This document shows, one piece after another, positions 48,350 through 59,273 of a stretch of DNA of 64,000 bases. A model generated the notes under the pieces. It had not been told where the DNA came from, ran no database searches, and saw only the letters and a list, made by a program, of their open reading frames with translations. Both the position numbers and the translations under genes were made by a program. The stretch's first letter is position 1. Each line of letters starts with the position of its first letter. Origin of the DNA: Oceanispirochaeta sp. (GTDB lineage Bacteria; Spirochaetota; Spirochaetia; DSM-2461); the NCBI GenBank assembly GCA_963663385.2, contig CAXXXD010000003.1:1472001-1536000 (forward strand), in the 5' to 3' direction.

Positions 48350-50614
48350 TCAGGAACATTTACTCCATCCGCATTCTGGACAGGTAACGCACCCATCCCT
48401 GAATACCAGTTTACCTTCACACTCTTCACATTTGGAGTCTCCTGCAATAACTTCCTCACCGTCAACGATATACTTTTTCAGGACCCTGGAGATCACCCGT
48501 TCAAAATCTTCGAAATTGGTATCTTTTGCCAGCTGTTCGACAACAAACTGGATGGGAGTTCCATGACGCAGGGCCATTGAGATAAAACGGGCCAGGGAAC
48601 TGTTGGGAGAATCAAATGTACGGGTAAAATCCTTGAGTTTTGCTTCTACGGGACCGGATTCGATCAAAAGATCATAACGCCCCTTACCGACTTTTCGAAC
48701 GACTCCGGAAGAGTATTTCTTCAGATCAATATGGTTTTCCGGATCATCAATGACAAAAATTTCGTATAGTCCGCCGTTCATGATTCCCACAATAACAATA
48801 TGCTTTTTACCCTTTACTTTAATCTGGTGGATTTCACAGGAGAGATCCACAGGGCGCTGGGGAGCCAGTACTCTTTTTATTGTCTGGTTGTCCTTCTTGT
48901 CTGAATACTCAAGAATCCCCTTGAGGCTCCCGTCGGGGTTGAAAGTAGTAAAACCTTTCAAACCTTTTTTATAGGCATACATGTACAGGTCTTTATACTC
49001 TTCAAAACTTGTTCCCGGAGGAAGGTTCAGTGTCTTTGAAATACTGTGATCAACATATTTCTGAATAACCGCCTGCATATCGATGGCCTGCCTGGGATCT
49101 ATATCCACAGTCGTAACAAAATAGGGAGGAATGGTAACGTCTCCTTCCCTCTCTTCATCTGTAAGAGTCTCCAGATAGGCCATCCAGGAGTAATCATAAA
49201 CCGTTTCCGTTCTGGTTTCATCTTCGATTCCCGTTCTGATATTTCTATCATACTGAAGAGCGAACATGGGCTCGATACCGGAAGAACAGTTCTGTCCCAC
49301 CGACAGGGAGGTTGTACCGGTAGGAGCTACCGTATTAAGCTGAATATTTCTCAGTCCGTTTTTCCGGATTTTATTACGGATCTCTTCGGGCAGGGTTTTA
49401 ATGAAGTTGGCTTCCAGCAGCTTTTCAGTATCACAGGCCGGGAAAGCGCCCTTCTCTGCGGCCAGATCAGCGGAACTGTCATAGGATGTATCTCTGAGTG
49501 ATCTTCCAATATCTTCTGCCAGTTTAAGGGATTCCTTACCGCCATAGGGGATTTTCATCATAGCGAAAACATTACCAAGGGCTGTAAACCCCAGCCCGAC
49601 CCGACGCCACTGTCTGGAGAAGGTTTCTATCTTTTCAAGGGGATATTCGGTTCGATCCAGTACATTATCCAGAAAACGGATAGCAAGACGAACAGTTTTA
49701 CTCATCTCATTAAAATCGAATTCCGCTTCATCCGTAAAAGGATTCTTTACAAATTTGGAAAGGTTGACAGCAGAGAGACAGCAGAGTGAGTAGGGAGGCA
49801 TAACAAGCTCACCGCAGGGATTGACTCGGTCCATTTTAAAAGCCCAGTAACCGTTGTTGAATTTCTCTACATGATCTTTATTGAAAATTCCCGGTTCATT
49901 ATGAAAATAGGAGTTTTTTGCCAGAAGATCATACAGATACCGGGCCTGTACAGTTTTGTAGACCTTCCCATCAAAAACAAGATCCCAGGAGGCATCTTTT
50001 TCAACAGCTTCGATAAATTCATCAGAGATCTTTACAGAGATATTAAACTGGGTCAGCTCTTTATTCCGATCCCCCTGTTTGATAGTGATAAACTCCTCAA
50101 TATCAGGATGGGAAATATCCAGAAGAGCAATATGGGCGGAACGCCTCTGCCCGCCTGTCATAATTGTCTTGGCAGACTGATCAAAAATCCTGAGAAAAGA
50201 GATAACTCCGGAAGAATTCCCGCCTCGTGACAGAACTTCCCCCTTGGGCCGGAGTTTGGAAATATCAAAACCGACGCCCCCTCCCATCTTGCTGATCATG
50301 GCATCCTCTTTCAGCGAGTCATATATGCCTGTCATGGAATCTTCCACATCAATGGTAAAACAGTTGTTATAGTTTTTCATGGGACTGTCCGGTCTGGCAT
50401 TGGCCAGGATTCGTCCGGCGGGAATAAGTTTTCCCGACAGAAGCTGTTCATTGAACTGAGCTTCTATACTCTCTCTGATTTCTGCTCTTTCGGGACCTGA
50501 AACTTCTGCAGCGATACCGCTGAAAACTTCCTCGGGAGTGTTCTCTCCGTGGAGCATATATTTTGCCTTGAAAATCTCTTCGCTCAGCTTCTGGTTCCAT
50601 TTAAAATTACTCAC
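48350..50614 (-). CDS. nrdJ: Class II (adenosylcobalamin-dependent) ribonucleotide reductase
   Basis: PAGRIL, NCF, GGGVG, NPCGE, APTGT, SSGIEP, SKTLN, C-terminal CEEC…CPECGWSKC; no nrdB nearby; GTG 50614 follows GGAGG. Confidence 0.9.
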   Translation of the reverse strand: MSNFKWNQKLSEEIFKAKYMLHGENTPEEVFSGIAAEVSGPERAEIRESIEAQFNEQLLSGKLIPAGRILANARPDSPMKNYNNCFTIDVEDSMTGIYDSLKEDAMISKMGGGVGFDISKLRPKGEVLSRGGNSSGVISFLRIFDQSAKTIMTGGQRRSAHIALLDISHPDIEEFITIKQGDRNKELTQFNISVKISDEFIEAVEKDASWDLVFDGKVYKTVQARYLYDLLAKNSYFHNEPGIFNKDHVEKFNNGYWAFKMDRVNPCGELVMPPYSLCCLSAVNLSKFVKNPFTDEAEFDFNEMSKTVRLAIRFLDNVLDRTEYPLEKIETFSRQWRRVGLGFTALGNVFAMMKIPYGGKESLKLAEDIGRSLRDTSYDSSADLAAEKGAFPACDTEKLLEANFIKTLPEEIRNKIRKNGLRNIQLNTVAPTGTTSLSVGQNCSSGIEPMFALQYDRNIRTGIEDETRTETVYDYSWMAYLETLTDEEREGDVTIPPYFVTTVDIDPRQAIDMQAVIQKYVDHSISKTLNLPPGTSFEEYKDLYMYAYKKGLKGFTTFNPDGSLKGILEYSDKKDNQTIKRVLAPQRPVDLSCEIHQIKVKGKKHIVIVGIMNGGLYEIFVIDDPENHIDLKKYSSGVVRKVGKGRYDLLIESGPVEAKLKDFTRTFDSPNSSLARFISMALRHGTPIQFVVEQLAKDTNFEDFERVISRVLKKYIVDGEEVIAGDSKCEECEGKLVFRDGCVTCPECGWSKCS

Positions 50615-50714
50615 CTGATTCCTCCAGTAATTCAATCATCTTATGTGAAAATAGAGTTCCGGATCCGGAACTTATTGGAATGATTATCAATTCAATTCAT
50701 AACAAACACACATC

Positions 50715-50730
50715 ACACCATATATTGTGT
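50715..50730. promoter_or_regulatory. NrdR box
   Basis: ACACCATATATTGTGT fits the acaCwAtATaTwGtgt consensus upstream of nrdJ; weak half-match 31 bp away at 50746. Confidence 0.75.
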
Positions 50731-50850
50731 ATATTCAAACTAACAACACCACAATTCCACTACTACTGTCAAGACAGGGAGAATACTTTTTTCTTAAGAA
50801 TCCCTTCTGATTCCCGATTCTTCTCCTGCGGCGGCGGCCTCTCCTGCAGA

Positions 50851-50879
50851 TTGATCTTTCAAAGTTTTTTTGTTACTAT
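50851..50879 (+). promoter_or_regulatory. sigma70 promoter of the first EF-G gene
   Basis: TTGATC-17-TACTAT with extended TG. Confidence 0.55.
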
Positions 50880-50906
50880 CCAAATCGAATTCAACAGGAG
50901 AAATTT

Positions 50907-52937
50907 ATGGCCTCACAGAAGATAAGAAATATAGGTATTATGGCTCATATTGATGCCGGAAAAACCACTACAACAGAGCGGATATTATACTACACAGGCA
51001 AAAGCCACAGGATCGGTGAGGTTGATGAGGGCAGCGCCACAATGGACTGGATGGAGCAGGAACAGAACCGCGGAATTACTATTGTTTCTGCTGCGACAAC
51101 CTGTTACTGGCAGGATCATCAGATTAATATTATCGACACTCCGGGCCACGTGGATTTTACTGCAGAGGTGGAACGCTCCCTGCGTGTTCTTGACGGGGCC
51201 GTAGCTGTCTTCTGCGCTGTTGGAGGTGTTGAGCCCCAATCTGAAACAGTCTGGCATCAGGCCGATAAATATAAAGTACCCCGGGTAGCGTTCATCAATA
51301 AAATGGACAGGATCGGGGCTGACTATTTTGAAGTAATCAAAGAGGTTGAAGAAAAACTGAAAGGGAATCCGGTTCCCATCCAGATTCCCATTGGTGCCGA
51401 ATCGGATTATGAAGGTAACATTGACCTGATTAAAATGAAGGAAATCCACTGGAATATAAATGATCAGGGAAGCAGCTTTGAATACAGGGATATCCGTGAC
51501 GGGTACCGGGATCTGGCGGAAACCTGGCGTGAGAACCTGATTGATAAACTGTCGGCCTATTCTGATGAAATAACAGAGCTTTTTCTCGAAGGAGAAGATG
51601 TCCCGGAAGAGCTGATACAGAAAGTCCTCCGCAGCGAAACGATCAATCAGAACGTTCTGCCAACGTTTGTCGGTTCTTCTCTTAAAAATAAGGGAGTACA
51701 GCCGGTTCTGGATTCTGTCGTCAGCTATCTGCCTGCTCCCGAAGACCTTCCTCCCGTGAAATGCTTTCACGCGAAGAAGGAGGAGTATATAGAGCTGGAG
51801 AGAAGCGAATCAGGTCCGCTGGCCGGTCTGATATTCAAGATTCAGCAGGATAAGGAAGCCGGTCCCCTTTGTTATGTCAGGATCTATTCGGGAGAACTTA
51901 AATCCGGAACGGCCGTAATGAACGTGAACAAGAAAAAAAGAGAGAGGGCAAACAGACTGCTCCGCATGCACTCCAACCATCATGAACAGATAACCAGAAT
52001 TTCAGCCGGTGATATTGCTGTCATTGTAGGTATGAAACTGGCTCAGACCGGTGATACCATAGGGTCGGAGGGATATCCTGTTCTTCTTGAGGAGATGGAC
52101 TTCCCCGAACCTGTTATCTCTGTTGCCATAGAACCTAAAACCATCAGCGACCAGGATAAACTCAGGAACGTACTGGAAACCCTTCAGAAAGAAGACCCGA
52201 CCTTCAAAGTCAAGGAAAATAATGAGACGGGACAGCTGATAATCTCGGGGATGGGAGAACTTCACCTGGATGTCCTTGTAACCAGGATTATGGACGATTA
52301 CAAAGTAGCTGCCAATATCGGGAATCCCCAGGTATCCTACAGGGAATCCATTGCGGATACGGTTACTCATAAGGAAGAATTTCACAGAACCCTTGCGGGG
52401 AAAGAGAACGATGCCGTAATTACCCTTAAAGTCGAACCCCTGTCCCGGGGGGAAGGCAATAAATTCACCAGTGATGTTCCCAAAAACAGGCTGCCTCTGG
52501 AATACCAGCAGGCTGTAGAAAGAGGCGTTCTGAATGCCATGCAGTCCGGTACCCTGATGGGTTATGCCACAATTGATATCAAGGCAACTCTTGTAGATGC
52601 GGAATATAGCGAAATGAGTTCTACCGAACTGGCCTTTGAAACGGCGGGAGCTCTGGGGTTTGACAATGCCTGTCGTTCTGCTTCTCCTGTACTTCTTGAG
52701 CCGGTTATGCATATTGATGTAATGTGCCCGGCCGAATATGTTGGAGACGTTATCAGCCAGTTAACCCAGAGAGGCGGGATGGTTAACTCCCTGGAGTCCA
52801 GACCGGCTTTTGAGATTGTAAAGGCACAGGCTCCCATGGTCAGCATGTTCGGGTATACCACATCATTGAGGAGCCAAACCCAGGGAAGGGGAACATTTGC
52901 CATGGAATTTTCTCATTTTGCGGCAAAGACGGATTAA
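50907..52937 (+). CDS. fusA: Elongation factor G paralogue, spirochetal EF-G2 (recycling-type)
   Basis: [26 protein letters not shown] intact; domain IV tips divergent ([17 protein letters not shown]). Confidence 0.88.
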   Translation: MASQKIRNIGIMAHIDAGKTTTTERILYYTGKSHRIGEVDEGSATMDWMEQEQNRGITIVSAATTCYWQDHQINIIDTPGHVDFTAEVERSLRVLDGAVAVFCAVGGVEPQSETVWHQADKYKVPRVAFINKMDRIGADYFEVIKEVEEKLKGNPVPIQIPIGAESDYEGNIDLIKMKEIHWNINDQGSSFEYRDIRDGYRDLAETWRENLIDKLSAYSDEITELFLEGEDVPEELIQKVLRSETINQNVLPTFVGSSLKNKGVQPVLDSVVSYLPAPEDLPPVKCFHAKKEEYIELERSESGPLAGLIFKIQQDKEAGPLCYVRIYSGELKSGTAVMNVNKKKRERANRLLRMHSNHHEQITRISAGDIAVIVGMKLAQTGDTIGSEGYPVLLEEMDFPEPVISVAIEPKTISDQDKLRNVLETLQKEDPTFKVKENNETGQLIISGMGELHLDVLVTRIMDDYKVAANIGNPQVSYRESIADTVTHKEEFHRTLAGKENDAVITLKVEPLSRGEGNKFTSDVPKNRLPLEYQQAVERGVLNAMQSGTLMGYATIDIKATLVDAEYSEMSSTELAFETAGALGFDNACRSASPVLLEPVMHIDVMCPAEYVGDVISQLTQRGGMVNSLESRPAFEIVKAQAPMVSMFGYTTSLRSQTQGRGTFAMEFSHFAAKTD

Positions 52938-52993
52938 TCGAACCCCCTCTTCTCGCATGCTCTAATTATTTTCATATACTGAAAGGAAAAATT

Positions 52994-53024
52994 AAAAACC
53001 GTATCTTCCATGGTACGGTTTTTT
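52994..53024 (+). terminator. Intrinsic terminator between the EF-G genes
   Basis: AAAAACCGTATC-loop-GGTACGGTTTTTT. Confidence 0.7.
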
Positions 53025-53147
53025 CTTGCGCGGAAAACGCCATAAGAGAACGGTCTTTCATGAGAAAAATGTTAATTTCATTTGACGTTTCAGAAAATCA
53101 GGTCCTATGATGAAAGTAACATTTTTCCAAATCAAGGAGGATCTAAG

Positions 53148-55208
53148 GTGGCTTTTACAACCGATACCATCAGAAATATTGCAGTCTGCGGACATGGCGA
53201 CACAGGAAAAACAACCCTGGTTGAACAGATTTTGTTTAATGCCGGCGTAATCAGTAAAGCGGAGACAGTTGATTCAGGTCGGACTGTCAGTGATTTTACA
53301 GACGAAGAGATTGAAAAGAAAATTTCCATCCATTCCTCTCTTACCAACGTGGTTTGGAAAGACAGAAAGATTAACATTTTCGATACCCCCGGTGCTTCAG
53401 ACTTTGTCGGTGAAGTTGTTTCATCTTTCAGGGCTGCAGAATCGGCGGTTATGCTTATAGGCGGACGTTCGGGTGTACAGATTGAAACTGTGAAACTGTG
53501 GAGACGGCTCGATGCCAGAGATATGCCCCGGATAGCTTTTATTAACAAGATGGAAAAGACCAGGGCAGATTTTTATAAAGTCCTGGAAGATTTGAAGGAT
53601 TTCCAGATTACTGCGATTCCCCTGACGATCCCCATGGGACAGGCTGAAGAGTATCAGGGCGTTATTAACCTGATGAATATGAAAGCATACAGGAAAGACG
53701 GTGGCGGTAAAGAAGAGAATGCCATTGAAATTCCTGATGAATATAAAAAGATTGCGGAAGAATATCATCTCAAGATGATAGAGATGGCAGCTGAGGGTGA
53801 CGACGAACTGACAGAAAAATATTTCGACCAGGGGAACCTGACAGTAGAGGAAGCAATTAAAGGTTTGCGGGAAGGACTCTTTGACAACCGGTTTGTTCCG
53901 GTTTTTTGCGGAAGCGCCGTTGATAATTCGGGAATCACCCCGCTTATGGACTTTATATCCCTTGAATCCCCGGCTCCCGGAAGAGTGGAAGAACCCTGTA
54001 TTTCCGGTGAAAAATCCCATATGATTTCTCAGGATGGTGAGTTTTCAGGAATTGTCTTCAAAACCATGATTGATAAGTTTGCCGGCAGAATGTCCTATAT
54101 AAAGGTTATCTCCGGGATACTGAAACCGGGAACGGAAGTTTTCAACTCCCGGGAGGAAAAGAAAGAGAGAATCGGAAAGATTTTCCTTTGCGAAGGGAAG
54201 GAACTGAAGGAAACAAACGAAGTTTGTGCAGGTGATATCGCTGTTATTACAAAGATTGAAACCCTTAAAACAAATGATACACTCTGCCAGCCAAATGATG
54301 TGATCCATTATAAATCACTGGCCCTCCCCCACCCGGTCTACTCCCTGGCAATTAATGCAGAAAAACAGAAGGAGGAGGACAAGATGGCGGCTCAACTTCA
54401 TAAGGTCGCCGAAGAAGACTTGACTTTTACCATCAATTACAATGAGGAAACCAGGGAAACGGTTATTTCCGGAATGGGAGAACTGCATATTAATATTATC
54501 CTGGAAAAGCTCCTGAAGAACTACAAAATCAATGTTAACCGCAGGGTTCCCAAAGTTCCCTACAGGGAAACGATCAGTGCTCCTGCAGAAGCAGAATACA
54601 CTCACAAGAAACAGTCTGGAGGACACGGTCAGTACGGTAAGGTCTGTATCCGTATCAAGCCACTGGAGAGAGGTGAGTTCTTCAGCCTGACCAATGATAT
54701 AAAGGGAGGCTCCATCAGCAAGGGTTACATGCCCGGTATTGAAAAGGGTCTCCTGGAAGGTATGCAGGAAGGATATATAGCAGGTTATCCCCTGAGAGAT
54801 ATTGGCGTTTCCGTATATGACGGTAAGGAACACCCCGTAGATTCATCGGAAATGGCTTTTAAACTGGCAGCCAAACATGCTCTGAAGGAAGCCGTGGGAA
54901 AATCCAAACCGACCCTCCTGGAACCTATTATGAATCTGACGGTTTTTGTGGAAGATCAGTATCTGGGAGATGTGCTATCCGACCTTTCCACCAAAAGAGG
55001 ACGCGTTTCCAATCAGAAAGCGATCGGCGGCGGCATTCAGTCCATAGAAGCACAGGTTCCCCAGGGAGAACTGATGCGCTATAGTATTGATCTTAAGTCA
55101 ATGACATCCGGAACTGGTGCATTCGAAGTGGAATTCAGCCATTACGACCCTGTTGGAGGCAAAATATCACAGGATATAATAGCAGCCAGCAAGGCTGAAC
55201 AGGCATGA
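53148..55208 (+). CDS. EF-G II-type (divergent GTPase) elongation factor G paralogue
   Basis: GHGDTGKTT, KKISI, DTPGASDF; KKQSGGHGQYG and HPVDSSEMAF retained; GTG after AGGAGG; own TTGACG-18-TATGAT promoter. Confidence 0.88.
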   Translation: MAFTTDTIRNIAVCGHGDTGKTTLVEQILFNAGVISKAETVDSGRTVSDFTDEEIEKKISIHSSLTNVVWKDRKINIFDTPGASDFVGEVVSSFRAAESAVMLIGGRSGVQIETVKLWRRLDARDMPRIAFINKMEKTRADFYKVLEDLKDFQITAIPLTIPMGQAEEYQGVINLMNMKAYRKDGGGKEENAIEIPDEYKKIAEEYHLKMIEMAAEGDDELTEKYFDQGNLTVEEAIKGLREGLFDNRFVPVFCGSAVDNSGITPLMDFISLESPAPGRVEEPCISGEKSHMISQDGEFSGIVFKTMIDKFAGRMSYIKVISGILKPGTEVFNSREEKKERIGKIFLCEGKELKETNEVCAGDIAVITKIETLKTNDTLCQPNDVIHYKSLALPHPVYSLAINAEKQKEEDKMAAQLHKVAEEDLTFTINYNEETRETVISGMGELHINIILEKLLKNYKINVNRRVPKVPYRETISAPAEAEYTHKKQSGGHGQYGKVCIRIKPLERGEFFSLTNDIKGGSISKGYMPGIEKGLLEGMQEGYIAGYPLRDIGVSVYDGKEHPVDSSEMAFKLAAKHALKEAVGKSKPTLLEPIMNLTVFVEDQYLGDVLSDLSTKRGRVSNQKAIGGGIQSIEAQVPQGELMRYSIDLKSMTSGTGAFEVEFSHYDPVGGKISQDIIAASKAEQA

Positions 55209-55226
55209 AGCTGACCTAGGTTAATC

Positions 55227-55262
55227 AGACAGCCCTCAAAAGGGGCTGTCTTTTTTTTTTTT
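55227..55262 (+). terminator. Intrinsic terminator
   Basis: AGACAGCCC-loop-GGGCTGTCT + long T tract. Confidence 0.85.
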
Positions 55263-56997
55263 ACCCGTTACCGCTGTATCTATCTTCAAGCAGATCCGGA
55301 AGATAGCCGTATTCCATTTGCATATTGATTTCGGAACTGGAAAGAATGGTTTCAAGAAGAGAAACGGAGTTTTTCCGGTCATGCAGCAGGACAACGCCTC
55401 CGGAACCTGGCAGGATCAGCTCCCTGACGTGATCGAAAATCCTGCTGTTCTGCCAATACCCTTTTTCTGTGTAGGCATAATCGTATGTATCAAATTGAAG
55501 GGAGATCAGAAACATTGACCGGTCAATTAGAAGCTGATCCAGAACAGGAGTCCTCCCAGGTTCCGCATAGGGAGGGCGGATAAGTACTAGGGGATAATGA
55601 AAACCGAGAACCCTGTCCAGTTCCTGCTGTGTCAGATCGAATTCTTCTTCAACTTCTGAATAATCCCCTATTCCATCGGTAAAATGATCCCCGGCAAGAT
55701 TGTAATGGTGATAACTGTGATTACCTATAATATGCCCTTCCCGTATCATCCGCATAAGCAGCATACGCAGTTGCCGGTCCTTTTCCTCGGATTGAAAGGC
55801 GAGGTTTTTCCCATTAATAAAGAAGACTGCCCGGATCCGGTGATATGAGAGGATATCCAGGATAGAGGAAGTGACCGATTTAACACTGCCGTGGTGCAGG
55901 ATCTCTTCCATATTCGGGCCGTCATCGAAAGTGAGATAGAGTTTATTATCAAACTCTTTTTCATACCAGAAGATCCCTCGTAGCCTGTTACCTGTATCGG
56001 GGATTTCTTTGATCCTTTTTATCGAATAAAGGGATGTCTGCCAGCTGAGTGATGCTGCCCTATATTCAAAACTCCCTCCGGACAGCCAGTCAGACTGATT
56101 CAATTCCCCGTATAAAGGCTCAGGTTCTTCTGCCGAATAAGGAAACCCCGGTCTGTTTAGCGGCAGGGCGTGGCTATAGAGACTTAACAGAATACCAAAG
56201 AAAATCAGAGAAAAGGAATATACCGGCACAAAACTGTAACTCCTGCCCAGAACATCTGAGATCTGCTGTCCCTGTTTCCGCAGCGAATCTATCAGGATTT
56301 TTCGTCGTCTCTGATACCTGCAACGATAGTACAGTAACCGTCTGCTACGGATCCGGCCTGATTTATCCTGTTTCCGTTTATGAGGAGAGATATTTTCTGC
56401 GAGGGGGATCTCTTTCAGGAAACGTACTGTTTTACAGTGAAAAATACTTTTTTTTATCAGGGGGGGGCTTTTTAAAAAAGAGAGTCTGTTTTTTCTGCTC
56501 CACTCCTGATAGAGAGACAGGGAATCCAGCTCCGGAGAAGAAAAACAGGTGAAAAACCAGCCTGTTCTCCTGTTCTGCCAAACCGGAAGAAACAAGGACA
56601 GTATCTCTTCCCGAATAAAAATAAATGGCAGTTTTTTCAGATGAGAAAGAAAAGATTCAAAATCCTCTCCACTGCCGATTTCAATCCTGATCCACCCCTT
56701 ATTAATATTCCGGATAAGGGAAGAGGGAAAATGGAAAAAATCCCGCTCCGTGCTGACAATCCATATCTCAACAGGGAAACCGGGACGTATCCCGATGGGA
56801 TAATAATAGGTCTCTATTGCATTGAGCCAGTCAGCTGTAAAACGATCAATCGTATTTTTTACGGAATTGTTATTAATAAAATCGTCCTGCAGCTGAGCGA
56901 TAAGATTCTGAAGCAGGGTCTTCAGATTCTGTTCCCGAATATCCGAACGGGAAAAGTGGAAAATCTGGGGCTTTTTATCCTGAATCTCCGGGTTCAT
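55261..56997 (-). CDS. Membrane-anchored polysaccharide deacetylase (CE4/NodB) with long N-terminal region
   Basis: TFDDGP, GNHSYHH, RPPY, LLHD; one TM before the catalytic part. Confidence 0.8.
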   Translation of the reverse strand: MNPEIQDKKPQIFHFSRSDIREQNLKTLLQNLIAQLQDDFINNNSVKNTIDRFTADWLNAIETYYYPIGIRPGFPVEIWIVSTERDFFHFPSSLIRNINKGWIRIEIGSGEDFESFLSHLKKLPFIFIREEILSLFLPVWQNRRTGWFFTCFSSPELDSLSLYQEWSRKNRLSFLKSPPLIKKSIFHCKTVRFLKEIPLAENISPHKRKQDKSGRIRSRRLLYYRCRYQRRRKILIDSLRKQGQQISDVLGRSYSFVPVYSFSLIFFGILLSLYSHALPLNRPGFPYSAEEPEPLYGELNQSDWLSGGSFEYRAASLSWQTSLYSIKRIKEIPDTGNRLRGIFWYEKEFDNKLYLTFDDGPNMEEILHHGSVKSVTSSILDILSYHRIRAVFFINGKNLAFQSEEKDRQLRMLLMRMIREGHIIGNHSYHHYNLAGDHFTDGIGDYSEVEEEFDLTQQELDRVLGFHYPLVLIRPPYAEPGRTPVLDQLLIDRSMFLISLQFDTYDYAYTEKGYWQNSRIFDHVRELILPGSGGVVLLHDRKNSVSLLETILSSSEINMQMEYGYLPDLLEDRYSGNG

Positions 56998-57037
56998 CAG
57001 CTTATTCTAATGATTTCCGGAAGATTCAGGAAGATGG

Positions 57038-58399
57038 TCAGGAACGATCTTTGAGTTCGGAATAGGGGATTTTGGGAGAAACGCTCTTATAAGCGGGACG
57101 GATGATTCTTCCTCCGCTTACAATTTCCTCAACCCTGTGAGCACACCAGCCGGGAATCCGGGCTATGGCAAAGATCGGCGTATACAGATCTTCAGGAATA
57201 TTCAGTATACTGTAAACAAATCCCGAGTAAAAATCCACATTGGCACAAAGGGGTTTGTCATTGTTCCTTATTTTGTGAAAAAGCTCAGGTGTGACACGTT
57301 CGATAATGGCGTACAGCTCAAACTCGTCCATCCGTCCCGACTCTTTGGCCAGGGCTTCCGCTTTTTCCTTCAGGATTTCCGCACGGGGATCGGAAAGAGT
57401 ATAAACCGCATGCCCCATTCCATAGATCAGTCCCTTTTTGTCAAAAGCATCCTTTCTGAGTATGCGGGACAAATAGGCTTTAATCTCTTCTTCATCGGAC
57501 CAGTCTTTTACATTGGCCTTGATATCATCCATCATCCGCGCCACCTGAATATTGGCGCCGCCGTGCAGAGGTCCCTTAAGGGCACCTATGGCCGCAGCTA
57601 TGGCGCTGTATGTATCGGTACCGGAAGAAGAAACAACATGGGTCGAAAAGGCAGAGTTGTTTCCGCCTCCGTGTTCAGCATGGAGGACAAGGGACAGGTC
57701 CAGGATTTCCGCTTCCAGTTTGGTATACTTCTTATCAAAACGAATCATCCTCAACAGGTTTTCCGCGGTACTGAGCTTGGGATCAGGTTTATGCAGAAAA
57801 AGGCTTTCCCCGTTATGATAGTGGGCCTTGGCCTGATAGGCATAGGCGGCCATGGTGGGAAGCTGGGCTATCAGTTCGACACTCTGTCTCAGGATATTGA
57901 TAACAGAAGTATCATCGGCCAGCTCGTCCCATGAATAGGCAGCCAGTACACTCCGGGCAATTTTATTCATAATACTGTTGCTGGGGGCTTTCAGAATCAT
58001 ATCCTCGGTAAACTGATCGGGCAGTTCCCGCATTTCTCCCAGTCTTTCACGGAACAGATCCAGTTCATCTTTCGGAGGCAGGTAGCCAAAAAGCAGAAGA
58101 AAGATGGTTTCCTCAAAACCGAATCGGCCATCCTTCTGGAAACCTTTTGCCAGTTCCTTGACATCAATCCCCCGGTAGCGTAAAACACCATTTACGGGAA
58201 TTTTATCCCCTTCTTCCATCATATAACCGTGAACGTCTCCGATTTCGGTTAAACCGACCAGGACACCTCTGCCGTCCCGGTGCCGGAGTCCCCTCTTTAC
58301 GTCATATCGTTCATAGAGATCAAGAGGGATTTTATTATGGGTATCCATGATTCCCGAGTACTTCTTCAGAAACTGTTCGTTCATTTCGCTTTTAATCAT
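57038..58399 (-). CDS. gltA: Citrate synthase
   Basis: HAEHGGGNNS, GPLHGGAN, GMGHAVY…DPRA, NVDFYSG, IIRP. Confidence 0.93.
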   Translation of the reverse strand: MIKSEMNEQFLKKYSGIMDTHNKIPLDLYERYDVKRGLRHRDGRGVLVGLTEIGDVHGYMMEEGDKIPVNGVLRYRGIDVKELAKGFQKDGRFGFEETIFLLLFGYLPPKDELDLFRERLGEMRELPDQFTEDMILKAPSNSIMNKIARSVLAAYSWDELADDTSVINILRQSVELIAQLPTMAAYAYQAKAHYHNGESLFLHKPDPKLSTAENLLRMIRFDKKYTKLEAEILDLSLVLHAEHGGGNNSAFSTHVVSSSGTDTYSAIAAAIGALKGPLHGGANIQVARMMDDIKANVKDWSDEEEIKAYLSRILRKDAFDKKGLIYGMGHAVYTLSDPRAEILKEKAEALAKESGRMDEFELYAIIERVTPELFHKIRNNDKPLCANVDFYSGFVYSILNIPEDLYTPIFAIARIPGWCAHRVEEIVSGGRIIRPAYKSVSPKIPYSELKDRS

Positions 58400-58437
58400 A
58401 TTTACCTCCCAAATGATTCTGTTCCAGGAGCCGATAT

Positions 58438-59106
58438 TTACTTTATAAACATCAGCTCATAAATGGAATGCGATTTTTCTTTGCCTTTTCGTTCAAACTT
58501 GGTTCCGGGACGCCAGTCCTGCGGTTCAGCATAGGCAGAGTACCTGTTATTAAGGTTGCTGCGGTTCAGTACGTCCAGCATATGCTCTGCATAGTTTTCC
58601 CAATCAGTAACAGCGTATAAATACCCGCCGGGTTTTAGTTTCTCCGTCAGTCTGCCTACAAATTCATCCTGAATAAGGCGCCTTTTGTGATGCTTCTTTT
58701 TAGGCCAGGGATCCGGAAAGAATATATGGAATCCCGCAATACTATCAGAGGGGATCATCCTGTCCAGGACTTCAACGGCATCGTGCTCGATTACTCTGAG
58801 ATTCCTGAGGCCATACTGTTCTACTTGATATAATAGTTTGCCCACACCAGGTTTGTGGACTTCTATTCCCAGATAGGATTTATCCGGGTTATCCCGGGCA
58901 ATCTGCCAGGTAGCATCCCCCATACCGAAACCGATCTCAATTGTCAGAGATTCCCTGCCATCCAGAAGTACATCTTCACTCAGGACCCGATCCTGATAGG
59001 ATACTGAAAACTGATCCAGTAAAGTATCATAAGCCTTCTGCTGTGCCGGACTCATACGACCGGCTCTTAATACATAACTCTTTATTACTTTGAGTTTCTT
59101 GTCCAT
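58438..59106 (-). CDS. trmB: tRNA (guanine-N7)-methyltransferase
   Basis: EIGFGMG, GIEVH, FPDPWPKKKHHKRR, TDW..YA, TKFE. Confidence 0.95.
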   Translation of the reverse strand: MDKKLKVIKSYVLRAGRMSPAQQKAYDTLLDQFSVSYQDRVLSEDVLLDGRESLTIEIGFGMGDATWQIARDNPDKSYLGIEVHKPGVGKLLYQVEQYGLRNLRVIEHDAVEVLDRMIPSDSIAGFHIFFPDPWPKKKHHKRRLIQDEFVGRLTEKLKPGGYLYAVTDWENYAEHMLDVLNRSNLNNRYSAYAEPQDWRPGTKFERKGKEKSHSIYELMFIK

Positions 59107-59273
59107 GCTGCCAAATATAGATCAACCTGTTCTGTTTGACAAGCAGCAGATATATGAATATTTATACAAACAATACCCGTATTTTTGTATTATTATTTAT
59201 TTATTATTCCATTTTGTCAATACTTATGTAAATTATTGCTGATTGAGACTGTTTATTGGATTAGTATATAGAT

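Noticed and set aside
50615..50906. Cobalamin riboswitch upstream of nrdJ
   Set aside because: No B12-box or core motifs recognised; only the NrdR box and a palindrome at 50654-50671
53082..53147. TTG start for the second EF-G gene
   Set aside because: Coincides with the -35 box; GTG 53148 has a strong AGGAGG RBS
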